Below are positions 1-10,241 of a DNA stretch of 64,000 nucleotides, in pieces. A program made the position numbers and the translations under genes. Position 1 is the stretch's first letter. Each line of letters begins with the position of its first letter. The stretch lies in assembly GCA_000993275.1 (NCBI GenBank), contig LBVV01000006.1, forward strand, positions 24-64,023, read 5' to 3'. The notes beneath the pieces are model-generated. The model saw only the letters and a list, made by a program, of their open reading frames with translations. It was not told the DNA's origin and ran no database searches. The DNA is from a candidate division CPR2 bacterium GW2011_GWC2_39_10. GTDB taxonomy: Bacteria; Patescibacteriota; CPR2.

Positions 1-463
1 TATTTCAACTTTTTTAATAAAAATGAAGCTAAAATAGCCCTTTTTAGCAACACTTTTTAAGCATTATGCCCATTCCAGACCCGCCTTGATGAGCAAAGCG
101 AGGCAGGCTTGATCTGGAATCCAGGAAGAATGGATCCCGCATCTAAGTGCGGGATGACAAATTGATGGGTCTGGTGAGCAGTTACTTTTAGACAGCCTGA
201 ATGGTGTTTACTGGACTTACGCAAACCTACCACACCTCCCACACCACCTAAAGATGGCTAAAATCTCTTTTTCTCCTGCCTGAGTATCTACAAATACGCT
301 TCCAGTAGAGAAAAAAGATTTTATCTCACCTTGCTTCGGCTTGGATAGATGCGTTATTTTGCGTAAGTCCAGTTAATAAATTGGGATTTCATCCGCCTTG
401 TTCCGCCTTGGCAAGACGCCAGTCGAGACAGGTTTGAAATTTGTAATTGGACATCTGACATTC

Positions 464-490
464 AAAAAGGCCTCAAAAGGCCTTTTTTGC
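464..490 (-). terminator. Rho-independent terminator-like hairpin (GGCCTCAAAAGGCC + T-run) downstream of the histidine kinase gene
   Basis: Perfect GC stem with a 4-nt loop followed by TTTTTT on the minus strand, immediately 3' of the stop at 499. Confidence 0.45.
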
Positions 491-498
491 CCTGAGGC

Positions 499-2676
499 CT
501 ACTTCCCTGCCTTCAAATAAGAATCTATCTTTTTTATATTCTTACTTTCTTCCATGCCCGTTTGCCACGGTAGCCAGAAACCAAAAGTTGCTCCCTTACC
601 CGGCTCACTTTCAAAAAAAATCTTGCCCTTATGGCCTTCTATAATTTTTTTACCTAAGAAAAGTCCTAGGCCGCTACCGTCTGGTCTAACTCGCTGAGCA
701 TTAGTACCTCTAAAAAATTTAGAGAATAAATGCCTTTGCTGGTCTTCCGGTATGCCAATTCCCGTATCCTTAACTTTTAAAATCACTCCGTCATCATCTC
801 GATCAACAATCACTTCAATTCCGCCTTCTCTGGTATAGAAAATGGAATTTTCAATTAAGTTAGAAATCACCTGGCCCAATTTTAACTTGTCCACAACCAA
901 ATTTTTCCTTTTTCCGGCAATTACACTTAGCTTCAGGTATAATCCTCTAGACTCCGCCCTCTCTCTTAAATGCGCCATTTCTTCAGCCGCAATTTCGGCT
1001 AAGTCCATATGCACGCCTTGCATGAAAAACTTGTTGGTCTCAATTCTTGAAATATTTAATAAGTCGTCAATTAGCCTTTCCATTCTGTCCGAATTAACAT
1101 AAGCTTCCCTCATAGCTGCCATCTGGGTAGTATCCAACTCGCCGAAATCACCCTCAACCAGCATATGAAGATAGCCCTTAATTGTTGTAAGGGGCGTTCT
1201 TAGCTGATGAGAAGCCATGGACAAAAATTGATCCTTGGCCTTATCCAGCTCCCTTAAATGCTTATTTGCTTTAACCAGCTTTTCCGTTGACTGATTTACT
1301 TTTTCCTGCAAATTTTCGGCAAAATGACAAGTTTGTTCATATTGCATTGCGTTTTGAATTGCAATTGATAACTGCTTAGCCAAAATCTTTAGAACATTAA
1401 TGTCTCGAATTGAATAAGGTTCACTCGTTTTCTTGTGTCCAATTAAAAAAATACCGCCCAGGTAAGAATGCGTCTTCAAACAAAAACTAAGTCCGGAATC
1501 ATATTTCTTTAGTATTTCTAAACGATAGTCTCCTTTTTCAAGTTCATATTCATCTACCATGGGCTGTCCCCATAAGTCTCTTGCCTCTTCCAAAGATATT
1601 TTAATTAATTTTCCGTATCCGATAGCGTAAGTTTCGCTAATCTGCCCCTCTCTTGTCGTGGCCACCAGTATATGGGACGTTTTCATTGATTTTTCTAAAA
1701 TGGCATAAACTTTAAACAAAATTTCATGCAAGAGCATTGAGGAAGTAATATCCTCGCCAACTTCCTCAATTAATCTTTGTGTTTGATAATCATTCTTTAA
1801 AAAGAAGCTGTTTGTCGCCTCTTCAATTATTTTATGAATATACTCGAAGACATAGAAAAATAAAGCAGAAACAACAGCCGTTATTATTATAACCGTTAAA
1901 TCAATCGTCCGTCCCGAAGCATATAGAATAAGAAAGCCCGCGATAAAACCGACCAACAAAATCATGGCTGTCAAAACTAAATACTGCACCGCCTTAGAAG
2001 CAACAAATCGGATGTCCATTAATCTATGCTTGGCCATAGCATATGCAGAGAAAGAAACAAAAAATATTGAACTCTGCGCATCCAAAGGGCCAATGGAAGT
2101 TAAACTAAATACCGGCAGTAAAATAAGGCCATAAATTAAACCAATAATTGCAAAAATTGACGTGCCCACAAGAACATAAAGCATTTGAACACGTTTTAAG
2201 CCATGGGATTTGACATATCCACTTATTAGCAAGTAAAGAAGCATACCAAGATAACCAGCTTGAATAACCGAATAAATACTATAAAGATTACCCATTTCTA
2301 CGCTAAAATGCAAAGAATCTGTAATATTGATATCTCTAACTACTAAACCACTTAAAAAAGTTAAAAAAACAAATAGAAAGGCAGGCAAAGACACAAAAAC
2401 AAGTCGTGCTTTCTCAATTGTTTCATTTTTAAGGTAGCTAATCCAAATAATCGCCGCGGGCATAGGCAATATTCCAAAAGCATACTCAGCCCTCATAAAA
2501 AATAAATTTGGATAAACACCAAAGAGAAAATTGGACAAAATCCATATAGATGTAAAACCAGTAAAGATTACGAAGTACCTGTTGACGATTCGCTCTTTTT
2601 GATTCAAAAAAGCTATCACGCCAAGTGATAATACAGATAAGAAACAAACCAGATTAATAATGTTTACTAAATACAT
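499..2676 (-). CDS. Sensor histidine kinase with N-terminal multi-TM (7TM-type) sensor domain, HisKA and HATPase_c domains
   Basis: About 8 predicted TM helices in the first ~270 aa; H-box 'SMASHQLRTPLTTIKGYLHML'; N/G1/G2 boxes 'NLIENSIFYT...DTGIGIP...GSGLGL'. Confidence 0.85.
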   Translation of the reverse strand: MYLVNIINLVCFLSVLSLGVIAFLNQKERIVNRYFVIFTGFTSIWILSNFLFGVYPNLFFMRAEYAFGILPMPAAIIWISYLKNETIEKARLVFVSLPAFLFVFLTFLSGLVVRDINITDSLHFSVEMGNLYSIYSVIQAGYLGMLLYLLISGYVKSHGLKRVQMLYVLVGTSIFAIIGLIYGLILLPVFSLTSIGPLDAQSSIFFVSFSAYAMAKHRLMDIRFVASKAVQYLVLTAMILLVGFIAGFLILYASGRTIDLTVIIITAVVSALFFYVFEYIHKIIEEATNSFFLKNDYQTQRLIEEVGEDITSSMLLHEILFKVYAILEKSMKTSHILVATTREGQISETYAIGYGKLIKISLEEARDLWGQPMVDEYELEKGDYRLEILKKYDSGLSFCLKTHSYLGGIFLIGHKKTSEPYSIRDINVLKILAKQLSIAIQNAMQYEQTCHFAENLQEKVNQSTEKLVKANKHLRELDKAKDQFLSMASHQLRTPLTTIKGYLHMLVEGDFGELDTTQMAAMREAYVNSDRMERLIDDLLNISRIETNKFFMQGVHMDLAEIAAEEMAHLRERAESRGLYLKLSVIAGKRKNLVVDKLKLGQVISNLIENSIFYTREGGIEVIVDRDDDGVILKVKDTGIGIPEDQQRHLFSKFFRGTNAQRVRPDGSGLGLFLGKKIIEGHKGKIFFESEPGKGATFGFWLPWQTGMEESKNIKKIDSYLKAGK

Positions 2677-2692
2677 ATTCTCCCAAAAAAAT

Positions 2693-3964
2693 CTACTTAA
2701 TTAATTTCATTTCTTTGCCAATTTTCCCCAAACCCTTAACCAGTTTATCCAGATGCTCCTTTTTATGAGTAGACATTGGCACAATTCTAATTCTAGCCGT
2801 TCCCAGTGGAACTGCCGGCCACCTAAAGCTTTCAACATAAATTCCTTCTTTAAAGAGTGCCTTATTCAGCTTTACAGCAATGGCCTCATTTCCTAGTATT
2901 AGTGGCAACGATGGCACCGTCTGATCTCCCCAAATAGTGAAACCAAGCGCTGTCAGTTTTTTATAAAGATAATCATAATTATCAAGAAGTTTTTTTCTGC
3001 GATCAGCAGCAGTTTTGGTAATTTCAACAGCCTTCTTTAAGCCGGCAGCCACGCAAACCGAAACCGGAGATGAATACATATAAGCTCTCATCGCAATCCT
3101 AAAATAATCTATTAGTCTTTTCTCGCCTGCAACAAAGCCGCCCATACCTCCAAGTGCCTTACTGCAAGATCCCATAATAATGTCAACGTCTTTTTGAAGT
3201 CCAAAATGCTCGGCCGTACCTCCCCCTCTTTTACCTAAAATACCAATGCCATGGGCGTCATCAATTAAGGTTATGGCATCATATTTTTTAGCAAGATCAA
3301 CTATCTCTGGCAGAGGACATAAAACACCTTCCAAACTGAACGAACCTTCGGTTACAATAAGTTTTCTTTTCTTCGCTGGCAGAGACCGCAGTATTTTTTC
3401 TAAGTCTACCATGTCATTATGTTTAAAGATTTTTCTCTCCGCAGAACTTAGTCGAACACCGCTAATAATAGAAGCGTGATTGTCTTTATCACTAATTATC
3501 ACTCCGCTATTCTTAGCATAAGGCAGCGGAAACTCTGAGGTAAAAGGATCCATTAAAACTGTAAACATTCCTTCGTTCGTCATGTATCCCGTAGAAAAAA
3601 AGATAGCAGCTTCCTTACCGACCAAATTTGCAAATTCTGCCTCTAGCTCATCGTACAACCTTACATTTCCGGATAACAATCTGGAAGTTCCCGGGCCAAT
3701 GCCGTATTCCCTAGCCTTTTCCATGGTTACTTTTATTACTTCAGGATCAGCCGCTAGACCCAGATAATTATTTGAACTAAACATTATGGTTTTTTTGCCA
3801 TCTACCATAACTTCCGGCTCCGTTGGGGCGCTGTCTATTAATCTAATTTCGGGGTAAATATTTTCCTCATCCAAGATATCCAAGAACTTATGCATATTTT
3901 TAAATCTTTTATCCGAGTCTTTTCGCCCTTCCTTGTAAAGCTGTCTTAATTTCTCTTCCATCAT
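2693..3964 (-). CDS. PLP-dependent alpha-oxoamine synthase family (8-amino-7-oxononanoate synthase / 2-amino-3-ketobutyrate CoA ligase / serine palmitoyltransferase-like)
   Basis: Class-II aminotransferase layout; 'FSSNNYLGL', 'GTSRLLSG', PLP-lysine context 'GSCSKALGGMGGFVAG'. Confidence 0.7.
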   Translation of the reverse strand: MMEEKLRQLYKEGRKDSDKRFKNMHKFLDILDEENIYPEIRLIDSAPTEPEVMVDGKKTIMFSSNNYLGLAADPEVIKVTMEKAREYGIGPGTSRLLSGNVRLYDELEAEFANLVGKEAAIFFSTGYMTNEGMFTVLMDPFTSEFPLPYAKNSGVIISDKDNHASIISGVRLSSAERKIFKHNDMVDLEKILRSLPAKKRKLIVTEGSFSLEGVLCPLPEIVDLAKKYDAITLIDDAHGIGILGKRGGGTAEHFGLQKDVDIIMGSCSKALGGMGGFVAGEKRLIDYFRIAMRAYMYSSPVSVCVAAGLKKAVEITKTAADRRKKLLDNYDYLYKKLTALGFTIWGDQTVPSLPLILGNEAIAVKLNKALFKEGIYVESFRWPAVPLGTARIRIVPMSTHKKEHLDKLVKGLGKIGKEMKLIK

Positions 3965-4055
3965 AATAATTTTTCTCCAAAATTAATTAAACTAACAGAT
4001 TAGCTATTTCTATTCTAGCATCTAGTACATTATCAATAAACCACTAAAAATTTTA

Positions 4056-4676
4056 CTAAACATCATGGTCATAGGAATGGCCAAGCTCCCTAGCTAGTTC
4101 CGGCATTAATATTTTATGCACAATTTCCTTCGGTTCCTTATGTTTAATTTCTTTGTAGATTATGGGCTGCAAAAAAACCACTTTGCATATTTTTTTAAAG
4201 CTGGGAAAAAATTTGCCTCTTCTCCAAACTACATGCGACTCCTTAATGGCAACCGGTAAAATATCCGCTTCATTTTGGAGGGAAATACGGGCTACTCCCT
4301 TATAAGCTTTAAGCAGTTTACCGTCATTACTTCTTGTGCCTTCAGGAAAAATAACTAAAACATGGCCCCTCTTTAAAACATCCTCTGCAGCCTGATATAC
4401 AGCGCTTCTTCCCTTTTTAAAACTATCCACTTTTATCTGACCGGTCATTCTTAGTATAAGCCTAAAAAAAGGGTTTTTATAAAAAAAGTCCGACACTAGA
4501 AAATAAAGCCTTCTTTTGCTAGCCACTACCAGAAGAGCAAAATCTAAAAAACTGGCATGGTTTGCCGCAATAATAATCGGGCCTTTTTTGGGTAAATAAT
4601 GGATGCCCTCAACTTTTTCAACCCAAAAGATTCTAATTATCCAGCCCAATAATAATTTAGTTATGGAATAAAACAT
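4056..4676 (-). CDS. plsC: 1-acyl-sn-glycerol-3-phosphate acyltransferase (PlsC family lysophospholipid acyltransferase)
   Basis: HXXXXD motif 'NHASFLD' and 'FPEGTRS' motif of the LPLAT superfamily. Confidence 0.7.
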   Translation of the reverse strand: MFYSITKLLLGWIIRIFWVEKVEGIHYLPKKGPIIIAANHASFLDFALLVVASKRRLYFLVSDFFYKNPFFRLILRMTGQIKVDSFKKGRSAVYQAAEDVLKRGHVLVIFPEGTRSNDGKLLKAYKGVARISLQNEADILPVAIKESHVVWRRGKFFPSFKKICKVVFLQPIIYKEIKHKEPKEIVHKILMPELARELGHSYDHDV

Positions 4677-5103
4677 AAAATTATTATAGCAAATTTTTCA
4701 GGACTTATGCACTTCAATATTATTCGACTTTTGCGAGACATGTCCGCCTTAGAGACGGGGGACATTAAAAACCTCCCCTAAACCCTCCCAAACAGGCTGT
4801 CTAAAAAGCTTAAAATCAACTAGATTTTGTCATTCCAGCCTGTCTCGTTTGGCACTCACCAAGGCGGGCGAAAGCGGGAATCCAGTCCTTAGGTCATTTT
4901 GGGGCATTCTGGATTCCGGGTCAAGCCTGCCTCGCTGACAGCCTGCAAAGGGAGAGGAATAATAGAGAAGTTTCTTGCTTATTGTTTATTGTTTATTGAA
5001 CCTATGCCAATTTTAAATGTTTCTTAATCATATTTATCTCAAGCTGTTGATTTTTAAGACCTTCTTCCAATCTTTTAATAGCCACATTGGTAAATATCCG
5101 TTC

Positions 5104-5451
5104 TTAATCCAGACGCATAAGAATAGAAGTATGCCCATCTAACACTGTCAAAATTTCATCTTTAAAATTCCTTATATCGGATCTTATTTCTTGAAATTCT
5201 TTATCTTTCTCATTTATTCTTGTATTGGTAGCCTTTATTAATGCATGGGTTTCAATAGAGCTGCTCTGTATTGCGGCCATTATATCTTTAATCTGCTTAT
5301 CACGCTCTTCAAACTTTTCAGCAATATCACCAAAACCCTTGACCATCATGGCTGACAAATCTTCTAATATTATATCATTTTTCTTCATAATTACCTTTTC
5401 GCTAAATTGACTATTGTTAGTATAAAATATTTTCCACAAGCATTCAACCAA
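5104..5451 (-). CDS. Hypothetical coiled-coil protein (true start probably the internal Met at MKKNDIIL)
   Basis: ORF only; charged heptad-like sequence; no recognisable motif. Confidence 0.25.
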   Translation of the reverse strand: MVECLWKIFYTNNSQFSEKVIMKKNDIILEDLSAMMVKGFGDIAEKFEERDKQIKDIMAAIQSSSIETHALIKATNTRINEKDKEFQEIRSDIRNFKDEILTVLDGHTSILMRLD

Positions 5452-5709
5452 TTTCGACTGAATGACATTTAATTTTTGGTGTGTCGTTTCTGCCTGTCTC
5501 GTTTGGTACTCGCCTGTCTAGGCGCCAAGGCGGGCGTAGGCAGGAATCCGAAATGAATGGATTCCGGATCAAGTCCGGAATGACAAGCAAAAGAAGGGCA
5601 GGGATGAGAATGTCCTCTTTACCTTACTATTGTCATCTTCTTTTTCATTTAAAATTGAGATTTTCTTGTTTCTTGCTTATTGCTTTTTGTTTATTGTTTA
5701 TTTCTTCTG

Positions 5710-7899
5710 CTAATGCAAATTAAGCAGTTCGTGTTTCTTCGGATCTACCTTAATAGGCGAATGTATCGGAAGCCGGAAACCAAAGACGGATCCTTTTCCC
5801 GGGGTTGACCTAAAAATTAATTCGCCTTTATGATCTTCTATTACTCTTTTGGCAAGATATAAGCCCAGCCCCGTACCATCCGGCCTAAGGCGTCTGGCAT
5901 TATCTGCCCTGTAAAATTTGGCAAATAATTTTTGCTGCATTTCTTTAGGAACCCCAATTCCGGTGTCTCTCACTTCAAAAACAAAATCCTTGTGGCTTGC
6001 CGAACATTTTACCGTCACCCCGCCCTTTTCTGTGTAATAAACGGAATTATCAATAAAATTCATGATAACCTGACGTATCTTATTTTCATCCGCTTCTATT
6101 TTTGGCATATCCGCCGGTGCTTCAAATTTTAAGAAAATGCCCTTTTGTCTTGCCGCCGTTGTAAGCTGTTTCATTTCTTCCTGAATCAGTTTTTTCATAT
6201 CCAAAGGCATCGGATCAATAAAAAACTTGCCCGTACTCATTCTGGAAACGTTTAGCAAATCATTTATCAAATTAACCATTTTGTTAGCGCCCTGAAAAGC
6301 TTCGTTTATAAAATCATACTGCCCTATTTTAATTTCCCCCGCATCCCCTTCCAGCAACATGGATAGATAGCCTTTTATAGCGGTTAAAGGAGTTCTAAGT
6401 TGATGCGACGCCATGGAAATAAACTCGTCTTTTGCCTTATCAAGTTCCTGCAAATGTTCGTTTGCTTCCCTTAATTTTTTGGTTTTCCGCATTACTTCCG
6501 CCCGAAGGGTTAGGTTAAATTTCTGAATTTCCTCATACTGCTTGGCTCTTTGCATGGCCATGGTTATTTCCGGCGCCGTTATCTCCAAAATTTCAATATC
6601 CTTAGCCGCAAACATATCGCCCGATTTCTTTTCGCCAAGCATTAAAAGGCCGGCAAACTGATGATCTTCCATTAACCTAATTACCACCGAAGCTTCGTAT
6701 TTTCTTAAAATATTTTTTAAGTGGCTTCCCTCTTCAAGCTCATCAAAGACGATTATATCAATTCGGCTTAATTTTTTGACGTCTTCAAATTTTATGTCCG
6801 GAGCACTTTTATACCCTATAGACTGAATAGTATGAATTTTATCATCTTCCACTACCACAAAAGTGCCTTCCAAAATTCTCATTTCCTGAATTATATGATC
6901 CAATGTTTTGTATAGAAGCTCGGTTAAAATGATGTTTGTGCTTAAAATTTTGTTAGTTTCCTTTAAAAAAGCCTCCGGATCATATTGCTCTTTAAAGAAA
7001 ATACTATCCGTGGCTTTGGTAACAGCTTTTCGAAGCGGCTGAAAAGTAAAGGCAATTATAACGGCCAAAACCGTCCTTAATGCCCCTTGCGCCAAACCAA
7101 GCTGACTTGTACCCGGAAAGAATATTCTCTCAAGCGCCAAAACCGAACCGGCATAAACTCCCGCCACAATTAAAACCAAAACCGAATAAGCAATAGACCG
7201 AGCAACAACCAACCGAATATCCATAAGCCGATGTTTAACAATGGCGTAGGAGGTGAAAGCGATGAAAAAGGATGTAGCAATTGGTGCCAATTTTGCTGTT
7301 TGCCCGCTATTCGTGACCAAAGGAATAATCGCACTAAAGATAAGGGCAAAAATAATGAGCAAGCCAAAACCTAAAAAAATATATTTAATCTGAGATTTTT
7401 CTAACGAACGACTACTTTTATATTGCAAGATAAGAACGCCGAATAATAAAAGGAAAGCTATAATAAGATAAGCAAAATGCAGACTAACAAATGGTCCTAA
7501 AATTGGATTAAAACCCCAATCCTTAGACTCCATACCACTAATTAGCAAAGGGCTAAAAGTTACAAATGACAAAAAGACTGGTACAAATAAAAAATACTTT
7601 ATTAATTTAATATAGCCTTTTTTCAACGTTTTCGGAAAAATCAAAGCAAAGTACAACAAGAAAAACATTACCCATAACGCGGCAAAGTTCGTAATTCTCG
7701 TCCACATTAATGCACTTGCTGCAGAATGGGTAAAATCAACTAAATAATTACTCAGTAAGGTTATAATAATAAAACAATCAACAACAAAGAAAACAATATT
7801 CATTTTACTTTTTTTATTCCTAAATATCACAACTAAACCCAGTATGATATTTAGACTAATAAAAATATAACTAATAAAATTATAAAATGGACTATTCAC
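5710..7899 (-). CDS. Sensor histidine kinase, paralog of 499-2676 (7TM N-domain, HisKA, HATPase_c)
   Basis: Same architecture; H-box 'SMASHQLRTPLTAIKGYLSML'; 'DTGIGVP...GTGLGL'; overlaps the upstream methyltransferase stop by 8 nt (operon). Confidence 0.85.
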   Translation of the reverse strand: MNSPFYNFISYIFISLNIILGLVVIFRNKKSKMNIVFFVVDCFIIITLLSNYLVDFTHSAASALMWTRITNFAALWVMFFLLYFALIFPKTLKKGYIKLIKYFLFVPVFLSFVTFSPLLISGMESKDWGFNPILGPFVSLHFAYLIIAFLLLFGVLILQYKSSRSLEKSQIKYIFLGFGLLIIFALIFSAIIPLVTNSGQTAKLAPIATSFFIAFTSYAIVKHRLMDIRLVVARSIAYSVLVLIVAGVYAGSVLALERIFFPGTSQLGLAQGALRTVLAVIIAFTFQPLRKAVTKATDSIFFKEQYDPEAFLKETNKILSTNIILTELLYKTLDHIIQEMRILEGTFVVVEDDKIHTIQSIGYKSAPDIKFEDVKKLSRIDIIVFDELEEGSHLKNILRKYEASVVIRLMEDHQFAGLLMLGEKKSGDMFAAKDIEILEITAPEITMAMQRAKQYEEIQKFNLTLRAEVMRKTKKLREANEHLQELDKAKDEFISMASHQLRTPLTAIKGYLSMLLEGDAGEIKIGQYDFINEAFQGANKMVNLINDLLNVSRMSTGKFFIDPMPLDMKKLIQEEMKQLTTAARQKGIFLKFEAPADMPKIEADENKIRQVIMNFIDNSVYYTEKGGVTVKCSASHKDFVFEVRDTGIGVPKEMQQKLFAKFYRADNARRLRPDGTGLGLYLAKRVIEDHKGELIFRSTPGKGSVFGFRLPIHSPIKVDPKKHELLNLH

Positions 7900-8611
7900 T
7901 TGATGCCTTTTTCTTTACAACAAATATCCAATTTTGTTTGGCTTGTATTTCTTCACATCGCTCTATAATAAAACCAACGCTTTCCAACATATCCTTTATT
8001 TCATTAAAATCTTGGTACTTTATTCTTCCCTTATTATTATAATTATCTAATTTCCTTTGAACCCTTAGTACTTTTATTAAACTTTTAATTGAAATAATAT
8101 CTTTAAAAATCTCTTTTACAATTTCTACAAAAGTTTTGCTTTTATATTGTTCCTTAAAAAATTCTTTCGTGCTTCCTTTAGGTTTAGGATTTATCAATAT
8201 CAGATAGCCATTTTCATTTAAGAGAAAAAATAAATTATTTATTAATTTTTCTGGCTTCGCAAGAAAGAAAATTACATTTATGGCAACAATGCAATCAAAT
8301 GACTCTTCCTTATATGGCAATGTATCATTCAAATCCCATATATTAAAAGTGATATTGGGCTTATCGCCTATTTTCACCTTCGCTATACCAAGCATTTTTT
8401 TGGAAAAATCAAGCGCCTCTATTTGTCCTTGATATGATTTTTTAATTAAAAATTCTTCCAGTAATCCACTTCCACATCCTATGTCCAATATCGTTTTTGG
8501 TTTTAAATCTGAAATTATCTTCGCAACATAGTCAAATTTATCATGATGTGCTTGTGATACTTTGGAGATATTGTCATAATCTTTTGCAATATCATCCCAT
8601 AAATTTTTCAA
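7892..8611 (-). CDS. Class I SAM-dependent methyltransferase
   Basis: Motif I 'ILDIGCGSGLL'; Rossmann MTase layout. Confidence 0.65.
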   Translation of the reverse strand: MKNLWDDIAKDYDNISKVSQAHHDKFDYVAKIISDLKPKTILDIGCGSGLLEEFLIKKSYQGQIEALDFSKKMLGIAKVKIGDKPNITFNIWDLNDTLPYKEESFDCIVAINVIFFLAKPEKLINNLFFLLNENGYLILINPKPKGSTKEFFKEQYKSKTFVEIVKEIFKDIISIKSLIKVLRVQRKLDNYNNKGRIKYQDFNEIKDMLESVGFIIERCEEIQAKQNWIFVVKKKASSE

Positions 8612-8612
8612 T

Positions 8613-9410
8613 TCATTCTCCTATTTCGAATTTTTTTATAAACATCTTTTCAAGATCAACAATAAAAATCGCTGGCGCTTCAGCAAGTGGCGCAACTCCT
8701 CTTATAGCAACCTTTATGATCTCTTCAACTAAATAACCAGATCCAATGCTTGGTGGTGTTGCGTGTGATGCGATATGTAATTGATTTGTGCCAATAATAT
8801 TATCTATAATTTCTGGAGTTACTCCTTTCGGTAATACTGGAAAAAAGAAAGAAATAGCCTTTCTCAAATCAGGAGTGCCATTTATCATTATTGCGTCTAG
8901 GATACTCTTACCAGAAGGATTAAAGCTGGTAAAACTTAGTATTTCTTTAGCAGCTTGGCTGGTAAAAACCCACAAATTCCTTTTTCTTGCTTCTAAATGT
9001 AAAATAATTTCGTTCTTTAATTCAAAAAAATCAATCGCATCTATTACAACGTCTGTCTTGTCTAAAAATTCATCAACATTATTTTCATCAATAAATTCAT
9101 TCCAAAATCTAACTTTTAGATAAGGATTAATCCTCTTGAGCTCTTCACTTATTGCTTCTGCCTTGTATTTACCTATCGTGTCAATATAAGCTCCAAATTG
9201 TCTGTTTAAATTCGAAGCTTCAAATTTGTCTGCATCCGCCAATCTTATCTCTCCCACTCCTAATCTAGCTAGAATATAAGCCACCGGCCCCCCGAGTCCA
9301 CCAGCACCGGCTATTGCCACTTTCAAATTTTTTATTTTCTCCTGCTCTTCGGGAGTAAAAATACCTATATTCCTCTGGAATATTTCATCATAAGAATACT
9401 CACTTGACAT
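8613..9410 (-). CDS. ThiF/MoeB/HesA-family E1-like adenylyltransferase (possibly TcdA-like tRNA ct6A dehydratase)
   Basis: Nucleotide-binding 'VAIAGAGGLGGPVAYILARLGVGEIRLADAD...NLNRQ' and 'VVIDAID' motifs typical of ThiF-family enzymes. Confidence 0.7.
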   Translation of the reverse strand: MSSEYSYDEIFQRNIGIFTPEEQEKIKNLKVAIAGAGGLGGPVAYILARLGVGEIRLADADKFEASNLNRQFGAYIDTIGKYKAEAISEELKRINPYLKVRFWNEFIDENNVDEFLDKTDVVIDAIDFFELKNEIILHLEARKRNLWVFTSQAAKEILSFTSFNPSGKSILDAIMINGTPDLRKAISFFFPVLPKGVTPEIIDNIIGTNQLHIASHATPPSIGSGYLVEEIIKVAIRGVAPLAEAPAIFIVDLEKMFIKKFEIGE

Positions 9411-9560
9411 AAAAATCTCCTTTACCTAAATATATCAGAATATCCTAAGTAAGCAAAACCTTTTCCCCTTTTCCCCCATCCTGTCCCCCCATCCAAACCC
9501 TAACCTAACAAAATGATGAAATAGCCGCGACCGCGTGTATTTCATCATTCTAACAACATA

Positions 9561-9600
9561 GCGTGCACCCGGTGTGTGCCAAACAGACACATCTGGAATA
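9561..9600 (+). repeat. REP-like element copy (degenerate): palindromic core CACCCGGTGTG + arm AGACACATCTGGAATA
   Basis: Matches the consensus ACACACCCGGTGTGTACTAGGTAGACACATCGGGAATA seen at 7 other sites; followed by a 43-bp duplicate of the thiF-like 5' end. Confidence 0.6.
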
Positions 9601-9688
9601 TTTCATCATAAGAATACTCACTTGACATAAAAACAGAATATTAACCATAAGCAAATATCACTATCTATGCGGCTATGATCATCTGTAG

Positions 9689-10201
9689 TTAAGCATCTCT
9701 TGCTAAACCGATTTTAATAATAGAATCATGAAAAATTGTTTCCAGTGCCATAATACTTTCTTCAACTGTGGCATTTTTTAGTATTCTTAACGGTATTTCT
9801 AATGCATCAGCCATTTCCCGTGCTCGTTTATAAAGAATTTCTTGATGTAATATTATTTCTTCAATATTCTTGGCTCGATCTAATCTTGTTAGATCGTTAA
9901 ATCTTCTAAACAAAATCTCCTCTGGTTCTACATGCAACATCAAGAGGCCACAGGTATTTTCTTTTCTATATTTTTCAATTCTTATTGCATCCATTAAATT
10001 AAATTCTAAATGCTCATCAATCAATATTAAGGAATCATTCTTAGATAAAAAATGCCACCAATATTTATCTGCCTTATTGCCATATTCTTTTAATAAAGCG
10101 CTGTAAGAAAGATGCAATACTCCTTGGTTCCTAGAAATTGTCTCTTTTATCAGGGTGGTTTTACCCGAACCGGAAATTCCCAACACTTTAAGTGTTTTCA
10201 T
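9689..10201 (-). CDS. P-loop NTPase, small kinase-like ATP-binding protein
   Basis: Walker A 'GISGSGKTTL' near the N-terminus; size and layout similar to nucleoside/nucleotide kinases. Confidence 0.5.
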   Translation of the reverse strand: MKTLKVLGISGSGKTTLIKETISRNQGVLHLSYSALLKEYGNKADKYWWHFLSKNDSLILIDEHLEFNLMDAIRIEKYRKENTCGLLMLHVEPEEILFRRFNDLTRLDRAKNIEEIILHQEILYKRAREMADALEIPLRILKNATVEESIMALETIFHDSIIKIGLARDA

Positions 10202-10241
10202 AAAAACGCTCCTTCAAAAACCGCTAGTGATGATTTAAAAA

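Noticed and set aside
842-1102. Small plus-strand ORFs antisense to larger genes (e.g. 842-1102, 3246-3479, 5932-6132, 8788-9123, 12043-12426, 17066-17425, 27443-27694, 41359-41553, 51483-51871)
   Set aside because: Each is fully embedded in the opposite strand of a well-supported longer gene; their low-complexity composition gives no independent evidence.
9460-9512. CCCTAACC / CCAAACCCTAACCTAAC telomere-like words
   Set aside because: Only two imperfect units inside the segment inserted or duplicated in front of the thiF-like gene; too short to be a telomeric array, so probably coincidental.
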